A stretch of DNA of 64,000 bases, taken from positions 10,540,001-10,604,000 of the forward strand of contig JANJGN010000039.1 in assembly GCA_026770705.1 (NCBI GenBank), written 5' to 3'. Source of the DNA: Isurus oxyrinchus. Lineage: Eukaryota. The notes below the pieces were generated by a model, which worked only from the letters and a program-made list of their open reading frames with translations, was not told the DNA's origin and did not search any database. The translations under genes and the position numbers were made by a program. Shown here in pieces: positions 1 to 13,290 of the stretch. Every line of letters starts with the position of its first letter. Within the stretch, counting starts at the first letter, position 1.

Positions 1-1639
1 GAGATAGGGAGGGTTGTCACGGCTGGAGGAGTTTACGTGTATCGAGAAGTTTTGACCACTGCGAGAACTCATAGGCACACAGAGCCTTGGAGGGGCTGGT
101 GGTATTTCCTTGATGGGCAGTTATGAAGCGGCTGCATGATGTTATGGAGAGAAAGGCTATTGTAGGGGCTCGAGATTTTCATAGGGACAGGAAAGGTTTT
201 GGAGGAAGGAAGAGGTTGCAGTGGCCTGCACTCTTGAGGGATGTAGAGGGATTTGGATGCAAGAATGGGAACGACAATAAGGCTGGTTTAATTCCCGCTC
301 CAACATTCTCCCTTTGTTGTTCTTGAGCACTGATTGGAAGGGAAAGGGACTGAAAGAGCTCCTCAAACCTCTCCTCTCACCCTTCACCCTAAGAACCACA
401 CGGAGAATCAAAGAGTTAGAAATGGACATTGTTCCAAATAGCTGCTGGGGACAGGGAGGTCGCTATTCACCCACGACCTGGAAATCCTGAGCAATCAGCA
501 GGAGACCAAGAACCAGGATCAGAGTCTTCATCATCTTGAACAGAACCCTTCAGCGTCAGGATCAGTGAACTGGACACTAGAGACTGTGTGTGGAACAACA
601 GAGAGCGCTTGTGAGAAGTTAACATTCCGGAGACGAGGAGAGGCTCCTGCTGAGGCAAATAGCTTCTGTCAAACTGAGACATGATTGGCAGTTTGGCTCA
701 GGGTTCAAGACAATGGGTGTGGATAACCCAAGGTTTTATCAGGAGTGACCTCGACTCTTGTTAATCCAGAAGCAATCTCATCTTTTGAAACACGGTTTCT
801 AGTGGGGTGACAACAGAATCTACCCCAGTTAAATATCTGGGCAATAATAAATAAGCAGGGCCGAAACTGTACCTGAACTTTGGTCTGCATTTGAAGAGGA
901 GCAAATTCGGGCAAGCGAGCGAGACGAGTGTGGACGGGGACCCCATAATGAACCAAGTCAGAGTCCCAATGCTGAACCTATAACAATCCTGGACACAATC
1001 CGCACACTGAAGACAATCTACACCTGGAACCCTGAAACTCGGCTGACCGAATCCTCTGACTGAAAACCGTCCAGAGTCTGAACACAGAATAACTTTTGAC
1101 ACATATACCACGTTGAATACAGTCTCCACTCTGAACACCTCGATCATACTCCGCATCCTGAACACAGTTCCCCACACGGAATCTATAACAACCCAGGATA
1201 CAATCCCCACAAAAACAGAAAGACACACTGGACACACTGGCCACGCTGAGGAGGGTCCACACTCTGAACACAGAATCACCTCTGAGACAATCCCCACACT
1301 GAATACATTCCCCACAGTGAACACAGTCTACACACTGATCACAATTCCACTCTGATCACAGGCACTATTCTGAATCAGATTCAAAATTTGAACACAGAGC
1401 GACGCTGGAACAAATATTCGCAGTGAACACAGTCCCCATTCTGAATAATATCGCCTGTCTGAAAAAAGTGTCCATGCTCAACATTACAGCACACGTCTCA
1501 AAGTCCACATTCTGTCCAATTATCACAATCAATGAGGGATGGAGAGTGTGGTGTTCCCAGGCAGATGATTGTTAGATGAGATCTCCATATGAAACATATT
1601 ATTGTGCGCGTTTTGTTTCTAATTTTACACAGGCCATGA

Positions 1640-2530
1640 TTTAACAATGTTTAGATTATTAAAAAGAATTTCAAAGGTAGTGAACAATGAGGAAGGTAAT
1701 ATCATAGTATCTGTCGGTGCAAACTCGATGGGCTGAAGGGCCTCTCCTGCAATGTGCGATTCTGTGATTCTGTCACTTTACGAGGGTATAAGCAGACTAT
1801 TGAAATGTGCAGGTGTGTAGAGACCCATTTTTCATAGAACAATGAGTAGTGATTATATAAAACTAATGGTAAAATCCAAAGTTGTTGCAGGAGCAGAGAA
1901 ATCTGGAAGTGTCGGACGCAAATCACTGAAGGTGGCAGCACCACTGGAGAAGGTATTAGAAAGAAATGGATCCATTGCCTTTACAAATAGAAGACTAGAA
2001 CACAAAAAGCAAGGAAACTGTAACTGAACTGTTTATAACACACCGGTTAGACCCCAGATGTTGTTCATTGTCCAATTCTGAATCCACTCTTTAGGAAGGG
2101 TGTCAAGGCCATGGAGAGCATGCGGAGTTTTTTCTTTAATTTGATTCAAGGAATGAGGCTCTCCAACTCATGTGAAGAGAATGGAGAAGGTGGGTTGTTC
2201 TCCATTGAACAGAGGAGGCTAATTACATTTTGATTAGAGGCGTTTAACATCAGGAAATATTTTGATAGATTCAATCAGGAAAAACTCTTTCCTGGGACAG
2301 GATGGTCAGGAAAAATAAACACACAAGCTTAACCTGCTTGGCAGAAGAAAATCGTGGGATGCAAGGAAACATTTCATGACAAAGCCAGTTGTGCTGATCT
2401 GCTTAAATGCTTCAAATTAAGAATTTAGCAGTGAAATGGAGCAAGAGAAGGAGAATTGTGTCTAATTAAATGCAATTACAAAATATCTACCAGAAGCACG
2501 ATGGGTCGAAAGGCTTTTTTTTTAATTTCA
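1640..2530 (+). mobile_element. CR1-family LINE 3' fragment, decayed
   Basis: Degenerate CR1 ORF2 C-terminal sequence (..tgtcaaggccatggagagcatgcggag..ttctccattgaacagaggaggct..) ending in a CR1-type 3' UTR (cacgatgggtcgaaaggc). Confidence 0.75.
1716..1774 (+). mobile_element. Severely 5'-truncated HE1 SINE/HER1 LINE-type 3' tail inserted in the CR1 fragment
   Basis: ggtgcaaactcgatgggctgaagggcctctcctgc..gattctgtgattctgt; tctgtc occurs on both sides (1710-1715, 1769-1774); absent from the paralogous position near 5550. Confidence 0.6.
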
Positions 2531-2599
2531 TATGCCTGACGCTGTAGCTAAAAAGAATCAATCAAATGTGGTTTTAAACATAAACTTTACATACATAGT

Positions 2600-3010
2600 A
2601 AAAAGTCACCGTATCCACAGAATATATTTGCACAAACACTGAGGGCGCTCAGGTGCAATGGAGGATCCTGTTTCCCTGAAATGCTAAACATCAGGATAGT
2701 GTGTGGAAACAAACTGACAGACAGGAGCTTGGTTCACTGCGGTTAAAGTCACTGAATGTTCCACAGTAGGACGCGACAATCTCGGTCAAAATGGTTGTGA
2801 GCAGATAACATAGTGAAATATGCCGTGTCAGTAATGAAGGATGCCGGGGCAGAGAAACTCGGAGATACACAGTGACGGGATTGTGGGAAATATTGAAAAC
2901 ATTCTCTAGAATTTTATTCCAAGCATCCCTGTAATTTCGAGACTTTCACAACCTGCATCCTGCTGAATGCCTGATAAAGCCCAGCAAGGTCCAGATCGAT
3001 AAACAAGCAC
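2600..3010 (+). mobile_element. Decayed LTR-retrotransposon (Gypsy-like) reverse-transcriptase fragment, copy 1
   Basis: Frameshift-tolerant translation gives IYLHKH..SGAMEDPV, LG..VV.ADNI and NFIPSIPVISRL, in the order of the YLDD..MEEH, LGHVVSADGI and RFIPNFS.IA motifs. Confidence 0.45.
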
Positions 3011-5499
3011 AGAAACAACGGGAAGAAACAAAACACAGGAAACACTCTGAACAAAACAGCAATCGGAACACAAACCACATTCTAAGCGAAGACCAAACTC
3101 TGAACACATATCCCCACATGAAAAGAGAACCCGATCAAAACACAGATCCTCGTCTACACTAATAGCATAGTTTGAACAGAAACCGCACTTTAAACAAATA
3201 CCACACTCTGAACACATACCACAGCCTGAAAGCAGACAAGACCCTAAACACATACTTTATTCTAATCAAATACCAGAGACTGAACATAGTCCCCACTCTG
3301 AAAACAAACATCAGTGTAAACTCACAGCCAAGACTGACCAAATACCACAATCAGGAGACATCCCAGATTCGGAACGCAGGAACTAATCTAGGCACTGACC
3401 TCTCATCTAATCACAGGCCCCTGTCTAAACACAAACCCGTTCTCTGAGCATATCCGACTCCCTAATCACACATTTTACACTCAGCATAGCCCCGTCTCTA
3501 AACACAGATACCACTCTGAGCATGTTCCCCACTCTGAACGAACAATCCACACTGAATATGGATACCCATCTGAACACAGGGCCCACACTAAGGACGATCC
3601 CTACTCTGAACATACACTCCACTCTGAAAAGAGACAGCTCCCTGAACGCAGAGTCTCATTGGAGCACATGCGCCACTCTGAACACGAACCCATTCATAAA
3701 ATGGACGCCTCTCTGAAAACAGGCAGCGAACTGAATGTTTTGTTAGTGAATGTGTGCAAAGTGTTGTCTGTATTCAGCTTTACATTTTCAGAATGGGGCC
3801 TCTTTTTTGAATGGGAACTTTATAAGATGCAGTAATGCGTTCATTGGCTGTTTAGTGTCCAAGGTGCTGTTTGTGTTCAGGATAGGGATATTTGGCAAAT
3901 TAGACGCCATGAACACAGACTAACAAGAACAGTGACCCTGCTCTGAAAGCGGACAATGGACTAAACATACAGCTCTCTCTGAATACTGATCTCACTATGA
4001 CCAAAAAAAGACACTGATCACAATTCCGGTAATGATAAAATCTCTTCACGCTGAAAGAAAGAGCCACACTGAACACTATTCAGATAATGTTCATAGTTCC
4101 TTATCTTTAAAAAAAGGAATCACAGCAAGCCGTCCCATTCTGAACATATAGAAATGAAAACATTTGCAAATATCACCTTCAGCAATGAGACCTGTTTGAA
4201 AAGACACATCATAACAAAATCTGCTCTAAGCACAAAACTCACTCTGTACTCAGATCTCACACTGAACACAGTCTACACTTCGGACACGGGTCCCAATGTG
4301 AACACAGGGCTCTCCCTGAACACAAACCTCTTTCTAAATGCTCACTTCAATCTGAACACAGAATCCACATTGACCCGAGGACCCACACTGAACCCAGGCC
4401 CCGCACTAAACACAGAATCTATTGTTAACACTGATCACACTGAGAACAGAAGCCTCTCTCTGAAAACACATGCCTGTCTAAACACAGACCCCAAGCTTAA
4501 CACAGAATCCACACTGAATATAGGCCTGGCACGGAACACAGATCCCAATGAGACCACAGACCCCTCACAGAAAACACATTCCACTGTGAACACAGTCGTC
4601 TTTCTAAACACACACACCTCACTTACAACAAACCCCACACTGAGCATAATATCCTCACTGATCAAGGTCCAAACAATGAAGTCAGGCCCCCAGTGAACAC
4701 AGCTTCCAGTGTGAACAGAGACCTATCTCTGAACACTCACGGCTCTCCATACACATACCCGATTCTGAGCACAGAATACAAACTGAACACAGGCCGCACG
4801 ATAAACATAGTGTCCTTCTTTATCCTAGAGCCCACACTCAACAATGAACTCTGAGCCCAGAATGAACAGAGAGGCAGTACTGAACACAGAATAAAACTGA
4901 ACACAAACCCTACTGAATACACCGATTCATGTATGACCAGAGACCACAGCCTGAAAACACAATCTTCTCCATATGGAGACCACAGTCTGAGGGGAGAATG
5001 CACACGAATCCCTGACCCCAGAATCAACTCAAAGCCATCGCTGAACAGAGCGCCCACCATGAAGACATTTCCCCCAAAGCGCGCAGTCAGAACAGAATGC
5101 ACGATGTACACTGTTACTCACTGATCAAAAGGCACACATTGCACATAGAGTTCACGCTGGACACAAAGGCCACACTGAACACAAAAGCCACACTGGACAC
5201 AGTCCCTACACTGAACCCAGTCCATACTCTGAAAACGGATCCCACTTTGCTCACAGGCCCCACTCTAACTACAATCCACAAACGTGAACACCGTCCGAAC
5301 ATGGACAAACTGTAACATGAACACAGTGCCCATTCTGAACAAAATCCCCAGACTGAACAAAGAGAGACCAAGCTGATTAATGCTCCTCACGTCTCACAGT
5401 CGAGATTCTGAACATTTGTCACTTTCTATTGGGGGTGTATCGAGCGATGTTCACCTACACTTCATTATTGTTTTTTATACAAGCCTTGACATAAGAATT

Positions 5500-6320
5500 G
5501 TAAGATTATTAAAAAAACTATGAAATGAAGTTAACAATGAGGACGATAGTCACATACATTACGAGGAGATAAACGGACTGGTGAAAAGGGCAAGTGTGAA
5601 GAGAGAGATTTTCCACTAAGTATGAGCAGAGGCAATATAATACTTATGGAAAAAATACAAATTAATCACAGGAGCAGAGAGATCTGGGGGTTTCGGACAC
5701 AAGTTATTGAATCTGGCAGCAGAAGTGGAGGAAGAATTGGAAAGCACATGGAATCGTTGCCTTCATAAATAGAGGATATGAATACAAAAACAAGGAAACT
5801 GTAACTGAACTCTTTATAACACACTGGTTAGGACCCAGATGAGTTCTGTGACCCAATCAGAATCCAAAATTTACGAAGGGTGTCAAGGCCTTGGTAAGGG
5901 TGCCAAGTTTATTTTCTGATTTGATTCCAGGAATGAGGGTATTTAACTCATGTGGAGAGACTGGAGAAGGTGGGTTGTTCACCTTTGAACAGGGAGGTTA
6001 AGTAAAATTAGATTATAGGCGTTCAACTGCAGGGTGTTGTTTGATTGAGTCAATGAGGAGAAGCTTTTTCCTGAGATGGGATGGTCAGGCAGAAAATAGA
6101 CACAGACTGAAGCTCATTGGCAAAATAACAAGAACAAAATTCAAGGAAGCATTTAATGACAGAGCCAGTTATTCTCATCATGGTAACTGCTTCTATTTAA
6201 GACTTTAACAGGGATATTAAGCAAGAGAAGGGGAAGTGGGACTAATAAAATAGCTTTAAAAAGATCTAGCAGAAACACGATGGGATGAATATCTTCTGTT
6301 TTTTTTTTGTATTTTATGTG
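5500..6320 (+). mobile_element. CR1-family LINE 3' fragment (paralogue of 1640-2530)
   Basis: Collinear similarity to 1640-2530, e.g. caaggaaactgtaactgaac and ggagaaggtgggttgttc in both. Confidence 0.78.
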
Positions 6321-6399
6321 ACTGACGCCTTAACCAAAAAGTTTTCATCAGTTATGCGGTTAATTCTAAACTTTACATGCATAGCAAACAAGGCGTCTT

Positions 6400-6800
6400 A
6401 CCAACAGAATATATTTACATAAATACTGTGATCGCTCAGGGGCAATGGAGGAACCTGTTTTCCTGAGACACTAACCATCAGGATATTGTGTGGAAACAAA
6501 CTGAGAGGCGGGAACTTGGTTCACCGTGTGTAAAGTCGCTCAATATTCCCCACTGGGACAGAAAGTTTTCGGGGTAAATGGCTGTGAGCAGATAACACCG
6601 TGAAATATTCCGTGTCAGTAATGACGGATGACGGGGCAGAGAAGCTCGGAGAGACAGAGTGAGGGGATTTTGGAAACATTTTGAAACATTCTCTGGAACA
6701 TTTATCCCAAACATCTCCTGAATTGCTAGACACTCATAATCTGCACCCTACTGAATGATTGGAAATGCAAGGCAAGGCATGGATCGACAAACAAGGACAG
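6400..6800 (+). mobile_element. Decayed Gypsy-like RT fragment, copy 2
   Basis: Collinear with 2600-3010; translates IYLHKYCDRSGAMEEPV and RVRGFWKHFETFSGTFIPNIS*IAR. Confidence 0.45.
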
Positions 6801-8484
6801 AAACTGACTACAGAAAGATACAGAATACAGATCCGAGCCTGAAAAAGGACCGCAGTTTAAACACAATTACCAAATTAAGCAAAGACAACACTCTGAACCC
6901 ATACACCACCCTGAAAACAGAGACCAATCTAAACACAGATCCTCCTCTAAATTAACAGCACAGTTTGAACAGAAACCACAGCTTTAAAAAGACCACACTC
7001 TGAGCCCATATAAAACCCTAAAAACAACCCAATCTAAACACAGATCCAAGTCTTTACTAACATTACAGTTTGAACACAAAGCCCACTTTAAACAAAGACC
7101 ATAATCTGAACCGATATCACTCCCTGAAAAAAACCCTCGACATAAACACAGATTCTAGCCGCAACAAATATCACAAACTGAACACAGAATTAACTCTGAA
7201 AGCACACCTCAGTATAAACACCCATTCCTGAGCGACCAAACACCACATTCTGAAGGCAGCCCCGATTCTGAACGCAGAAACCGCTCTGATCACAGGGCCT
7301 CATCTAAACAATGGCCCCACTCTGAACACAAACCACTCTTTGAGTAAATTCGTCTCTCTGATAACACAGGTCACATTAAACATCGACCACTCTCCAAACA
7401 CAGAACTCACTCTGATCATGATCGCTGCTCTGAACACACACTGAATACTCTGAACCTAGGCACCTCTAATCACAGAGCCGAGTCTGAACACGATCCCTGC
7501 TCTGAACACACGCCCAACATTGAACAGAGACATTTCTCCAAGTGCAGACCCTACTCTGAACACGACCACTGGTCTGAACAAAAACCCCACATTGAACATA
7601 TATGTCTCCCTGAACACAGAGCACTATGAACACCGCCCCGTGTTGTAACACAGATGCGTCTCTGAATACTGACCACACTCTAGATGTAGTATTTATGAAT
7701 GTGTGCATAGTGGTGTCTGTCTGTAGCGTTCTAAAGTTTAGGATGGCGTCTTTGTTTTGAATGGGATCGTTAAAGATGCGGGTTAGTGTTCATTGACTGG
7801 TTAATGTCCAATGTGTCTTCTGTGTTCAAATTGCAGGCTTGTTCAGAAATTAGGCGCCTTTAACATGGACCCACACATAACATTGACTCCTCTCTGAACG
7901 CAGACTGCTCACTGAACACAGACCCCTCTCTGACTGCGGATCTCACTATGAACACAAAAACTACTCTGAGGTCAGTGCGCTGTGGGGGATAAGTCCTCAC
8001 ACTGAATTCAGAAAGCACATTGGAGACAGTTGAGACAATGAATACAGATCCAAACCTTTATTTAAAGGCACAGCAAAGGCCCTGTTGTAAAAGGAGAACC
8101 CTGAATGCAGACAACTCTCTGAAAACATTGATAAACACGACATTCAGCATTGAGCCCTGTTAGATAAGAAATATCACAACAAGCCCCCTCTGAGCACAGA
8201 TTTCTCTCTGTAATCTGCCCTCACACTGATCTCGGTCGACACTATGAACACTGGCCCCATGATGAACACTGGCCTCTCTGTGAATACACACCCTCCCTAA
8301 ATGCTTACCTAAATGCTAAACAGAGAATCCATTCCGAACACACACTCCACAATGAAAACAGACCTCACTCTATTCACATAACCGAATGTGAACACAGGTC
8401 TCTCTGAATAAATACAGACACACTCCCCTCTCCAAATGCAAAGTCTAATCTGAAGAAAGAATGTGTTCCAGAAACAGAAACTTC

Positions 8485-8870
8485 AAATCAGGGGCAATAG
8501 TGACATCTGTTTCCCTGAAATCCCAAATGCCGCGATATTGTGTGGAAACAAACTGAGAGACAGGAGCTTGTTTCGCTGAGGGTAAAGCTGCTGGACATTC
8601 CATACTGGAAATGAATAATCTCGGAGATCATGGGTATGTGGCGATCACATCCTGAAATGTTTAGTTTCAGTACTGTTGGGTGCCCTTAAGAGTTCTCTGC
8701 ATTGAGGCATTGAAGGTACAGAATGAGGGCTTTTGGAATAATTCTTAAACATCTGCCTTATTCCCAATCATTTCTTTAATCCTTACAGGTTTATGTGAAC
8801 CACATGCAGCTGAAAAGACTGTTAATAGACGACATGGTGTCGATGGCTAACACGGCCTGAAATTGAAAGC
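8485..8870 (+). mobile_element. Decayed Gypsy-like RT fragment, copy 3 (more diverged)
   Basis: Shares gatattgtgtggaaacaaactgaga and downstream collinear sequence with the other two copies. Confidence 0.45.
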
Positions 8871-9779
8871 CGAGTCTGAACACATTTCGGTCCAAAGATT
8901 CGGGAGATTCAATACAACATCAATGGCACAGTTCAAAATGGGGCACAGAGGCAGAGGCATCCGCTACAGCGCTTTACATTCATCACTCTGCACAGACTCT
9001 CCAGTCTGAACAGAGGGCCTACAATGCTAATAGACACCACACTGATCAGTGACCCCGTGCACAACACCGACATTACACTAAACACGGACTCCACACTGAA
9101 CACAGACCCTACGCAGAACAGAGATCCCAATTTAAATATAGCCCCCGCACTGTACATATAGCACGGGGCACAGATTCCACACTGAGCACAGGCCCCAAAC
9201 TGTACACAGAACCCACACTGACATAGGCACAAATTGAACACAGAGCCCACACTGAACAACGAACCCTCACGGATCACAGAGCACACAATGAACATAGAGC
9301 CCACACTGAACATGGACACACACTGAAAACATATCCCACTCTGAACACAGAATATGCACTGAACATAGTGCCCACTCTGAACACAGAGCCCGCGTTAAAC
9401 AGGGATCTCATTTTGAACACACATACCACTCTGAGAATAATCCTCATAGCGAGAAAATTGTTTATGCTGACTACAGATCATACACTGAAGGCACCCCAGA
9501 TATTTAACTGACCCTAACATTAAAAAGAGCCCATTCTGAACAAAGGCCCGATTGTAATCATAGAGGCCAGTCTCAAAGCAGACAGCAGCTTGAACACACC
9601 ACACAGTACACATTCAACGTTGAGACCAGATTGAACACACACACAATTAGAAAGAAACTTGATGAAGACAGATCTCATTCTGTACTGAGAACACATTCTG
9701 AAGACTGATACCACTCGGGAACAGGCAGCACTCAGAACACTGAATCCTATCTAAACACAGAGTCCACGCCGATCACAGA

Positions 9780-10290
9780 TTGCACTCAGAACACAGACTC
9801 CACGCCGAACACAGTCTCAACGCCGAATACAATCCACTCGGAACACAGACTCCACTCCGAACACAGACTCCACACTGAACACAGACTCCACTCGAAACAC
9901 AGACTCCACTCCAAACACACACTCCACTCCGAACACACTCCACTCTGAACACAGACTCCATGCCGAACACAGTCTCTACTCCGAATACAATCCACTCGGA
10001 ACACAGACTCCACTCCGAACACAGACTCCACACTGGACACAGACTCCACTCCGAACACAGATCCACACTGAACACAGACTCCACTCCGAACACAGTCTCA
10101 ACTCCGAATACAATCCACTCTGAACACAGACTCCACTCCGATCACAGACTCCACTCCGAACACAGACTCCACTCCAAACACAATCCACTCAGAACACAGA
10201 CTCCACTCCAAACACAGACTCCACTCCAAACACAGACGCCACTCCGAACACAATCCACTCGGAACAGAGACTCCACTCCGAACAGAGACC
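9780..10290 (+). repeat. Recently homogenised core of the 18-bp satellite (CCACTCCGAACACAGACT with 16-bp variants CCACTCCGAATACAAT)
   Basis: Near-perfect consecutive monomers; the block cacagtctcaacgccgaatacaatccactc recurs near 9810, 9968 and 10091. Confidence 0.93.
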
Positions 10291-11159
10291 CCTCTCTGAA
10301 GACAGGTCCCACTGTAAACACAGGTCTGTCTGAACACACACACGTACACAATCTTAAAGCAGAATCTCCATTGAACACAGACCCCACAATGAACACACGG
10401 GAGTACAATGAACACACCCAAAACTCTGAAAACAGATCCCACTGTTAACACAGAACCCACTCTGAACACACACTCCTCTCCAAACACTGTCCCCAATATA
10501 AACACGGAATCCGCAGTGAACACAGGGCATAGACTGAACAGAGTACTCACAGTGAAGGCAGATCCCACACTGAACAAAGGCCACACTCTGAACAAGGTCA
10601 AACTGTGCTCTCAGTTTTCCCTCTGTACTCTGACACTACATCTTTCTGACCTCTCTTTAAATACAGAGGTCAATTTGAAAAATGACAGAAAATTGAGCAC
10701 AGCCCCAGGCTCAACACAAACTCCACTGTGACCAGCAATCCAAGAATGAATAATATCCCTAAACTGAACACAGTTCTCACAGTGAACACTGACTTTTTTC
10801 AACACACACGCCTTTCTAAACACAGAAACTGCTTTGAACAAAGACCCCCTACCGAACATAGAGGCGAAAATCCCACTGTGATGAAAGACCACACTTAGCA
10901 TACTGACTTCACGTGGAACATTGAGACCACAGTAGACAGAGTTTCCAATCTGAGCACAGTGCCCACGCTGAATATTGTCTAAACTGAACACTGCCCCGCT
11001 TTAACCACTGATCCCACTTTGAGCACAGCTCCCACTCTGAAGACAGTCTTTCTTTGCTCAATTAATACAATGTGCCTTCCCATTGGCCAAGCTGGTGACT
11101 TATGTTCCCTTTGATACACGGATAATGGAGTTTTTTATACAGAGCTTATATATTGTTTT

Positions 11160-12066
11160 TTTAAGATGTAAGACGAATAGAAATCCTGAAATGTAATAAA
11201 CAATGAGGAGGCTGGTGAAATATCCACTCAGGCACATGCAAACTGCTGAACGGAGTGGTCACTTGGCAAATTAAATTTATCAAAGATCAGTCTGAAGTGA
11301 TTCAATTTGGTCAAAAGATGGTGAGAAGGCAATATAGATTTAATTATACAGTTTAAAATGGAGCTCAGGATCAGAGACGCCCAGCTCTATGAACACAGAT
11401 GTTAGAAGGTGCAAAGTGGTGAAGCTCCTTCCATGGGAAGATTTGGTTTGATTAATTGCGGAATAGAGTGTGAACGCGAAGAATTTATTGCTAGCCTCTT
11501 TATTAAGGTTAAAGAACATTAAAAAGTGATTCAGTTTCTGTTGTTTAAGAGGAGAGGAGTAGGTAAAGCAGGATAGAAGGCAGATTCCTGGGATTGTGGG
11601 GCTGATATATGAGGAGCTGTTTTGTTGGTTAGGAATATATCTGCTAGAGTTCAGGGGAACGAGGGCACATCTCATAGAAACCTCTAAAATTCTAACAGGA
11701 CTAGATTTGGTAGATGCAGGAAGGGTTTTCCCGATGGTAGGAGAGTTCATATCCAGGGGTCACAGTCTCATCATATGGGATAGACGACTGTAGCTTGAGA
11801 TAAGGAGAAATTTCTTAACCAAGAGAATGGTGAGCCTTTTGGAATTCGCTACCACAGACCAGAGTTGAGATCAAAACATTGTATCATTTCGGGAAGGAGT
11901 TAGATATAGGTCTTCAGGCGAAAGGGATCAAAGGATATTGGGAGAGAGCAGGAGCAGGCTAATGAGTTGGATCATCAGCCATGTTCATAATGAAAGACAG
12001 AGCAGTCTCGAAGAGCTGGATTAACTGTTCCCGCTATTAGTCGCTGTGTTTTTTATGTTTCTATGT
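11160..12066 (+). mobile_element. CR1 LINE 3' portion(s)
   Basis: ORF 11596-11793 (LGIYLLEFRGTRAHLIETSKILTGLDLVDAGRVFP..SRGHSL) is the typical CR1 ORF2 C-terminus; ends in a tttatgtttctatgt tail. Confidence 0.88.
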
Positions 12067-13029
12067 GATAATATAGATATGATCCTGGCTTAAAAGAGAG
12101 AAAGAGATCGATAGAGATAGTCATTGAAAACCTTTGTCCATGACTCTATGTTTATTGTTTCTAATTCAACCATTAGGTCTACGTACCCCTTTGGATTTTT
12201 ATTGAGTTATTTCTGTAGGATACTGTAGGGTTTGCATGATTTATTTCTTCGTGATTACCTGCCGCTGCTTATGTTTCTCTTCCGTTTCAAAAATTCATCC
12301 CTAACCTCTGGATCTGCTTTTCTTCCTACTTCTTTGATCCTCATTCAGCTTAGTGAATGTTTTTTTTTTTCCTGCATTATATTGTCCCTCCGTTTCCTTT
12401 ATTCATCTGGATGTTTTATGGTTGACTAATTTGTTGACTTTTATTGTGACATATTTGTCCCGAATTCTTCTCTCTCTATCTCTAACATCTTTCTTTCTCG
12501 TAACTTTCTTTATCGTTGACACAACAAATGATTAAGTTTGTTTGAAGATGATGCCTCAACTTTCATTTGAAATGATTTCTCAAATCTGCTATGGCTTTAA
12601 AACAGTGTCTAAATACATCACAACTGCTTTTTTGGACAGGCTGTCTCATTGTTAGGGCTTCTTGTCCTGCACTCAGTAAAGGCCCCGTTGAATTTTCCCC
12701 TTCACCAACTCTGTCTCTGATTGAATGTTTGGGTTCAAATTTCTATGATCACTAACGAGAATTTGCTCATTTCAGACTCTCGCTACTACATTTTTTTATC
12801 CCCTTCCAATATTTCGTCTGCCTGGAATGTTCAAGTTGTTAATGCCGGTTACCACACGTCAGTCCTGAGGCACTTGTTACTCTTAGTAAAATGCGATCCT
12901 CGAAAGCATAACATGTTTACAACTTATTCAAGTATCTATGTCTATTTTCGTTTTGGAAAGAACTTTTCAGTTCCTTTGACAAGCTGCCAGAAATAAATGA
13001 GTATCATTTGTATAAGAACACTGCATGCA

Positions 13030-13290
13030 TAAAGGCCTTGGAAATAAGGCGGACAAGTAGCATTTCATCTTTTAGCATTCAATGTTTGTAAACATGATGA
13101 TACCTGATCTATGACTTTCATCAGCTTTCCTGCTGTAGCTTCATATCAGCTATAACCTAAAACCCATACTTTTCAGTGTGGAATATACTCAGCAGCTGAA
13201 CAGGCACAACCCTTTGGGGTAGAGCATTCCAAAATGCTCCACGTTTTAGCACATAATAGCCACTCGTATTCTCAGAATTTGTCCCCTTAA
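13030..13290 (-). mobile_element. Antisense CR1 3'-end fragment inside the SAMD9-like relic
   Basis: gaaataagg..catgatgatacctgatct..cctttggggtagagcattccaaa is the reverse complement of a CR1 3' end (minus-strand WNALPQRVV peptide). Confidence 0.7.

Larger units (their letters stand above)
960..11045 (+). repeat. Degenerate 18-bp tandem satellite (consensus ~CCACTCTGAACACAGACT), interrupted by CR1 and Gypsy-like relics
   Basis: CTGAACACAG recurs at ~18-bp spacing through 960-1490, 3010-5385, 6800-8480 and 8870-11045; it explains the hexapeptide-periodic pseudo-ORFs (TLNTDP.., SEHRLH.., CSEWSL..). Confidence 0.92.

Noticed and set aside
1-960. Unique-looking sequence with short ORFs before the satellite
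   Set aside because: No recognisable protein motif on either strand; the first ~440 bp look like an old antisense LINE fragment but could not be assigned with confidence.
4154-10731. Thr/Asn-rich (TLNT..), His-rich (SEHRLH) and Cys/Trp-rich (CSEWSL) repeat ORFs resembling mucin, antifreeze or keratin-associated proteins
   Set aside because: Open in several frames on both strands purely because the monomer is 18 bp; frequent stops, 16-bp frameshifting units, no signal peptide or splice context.
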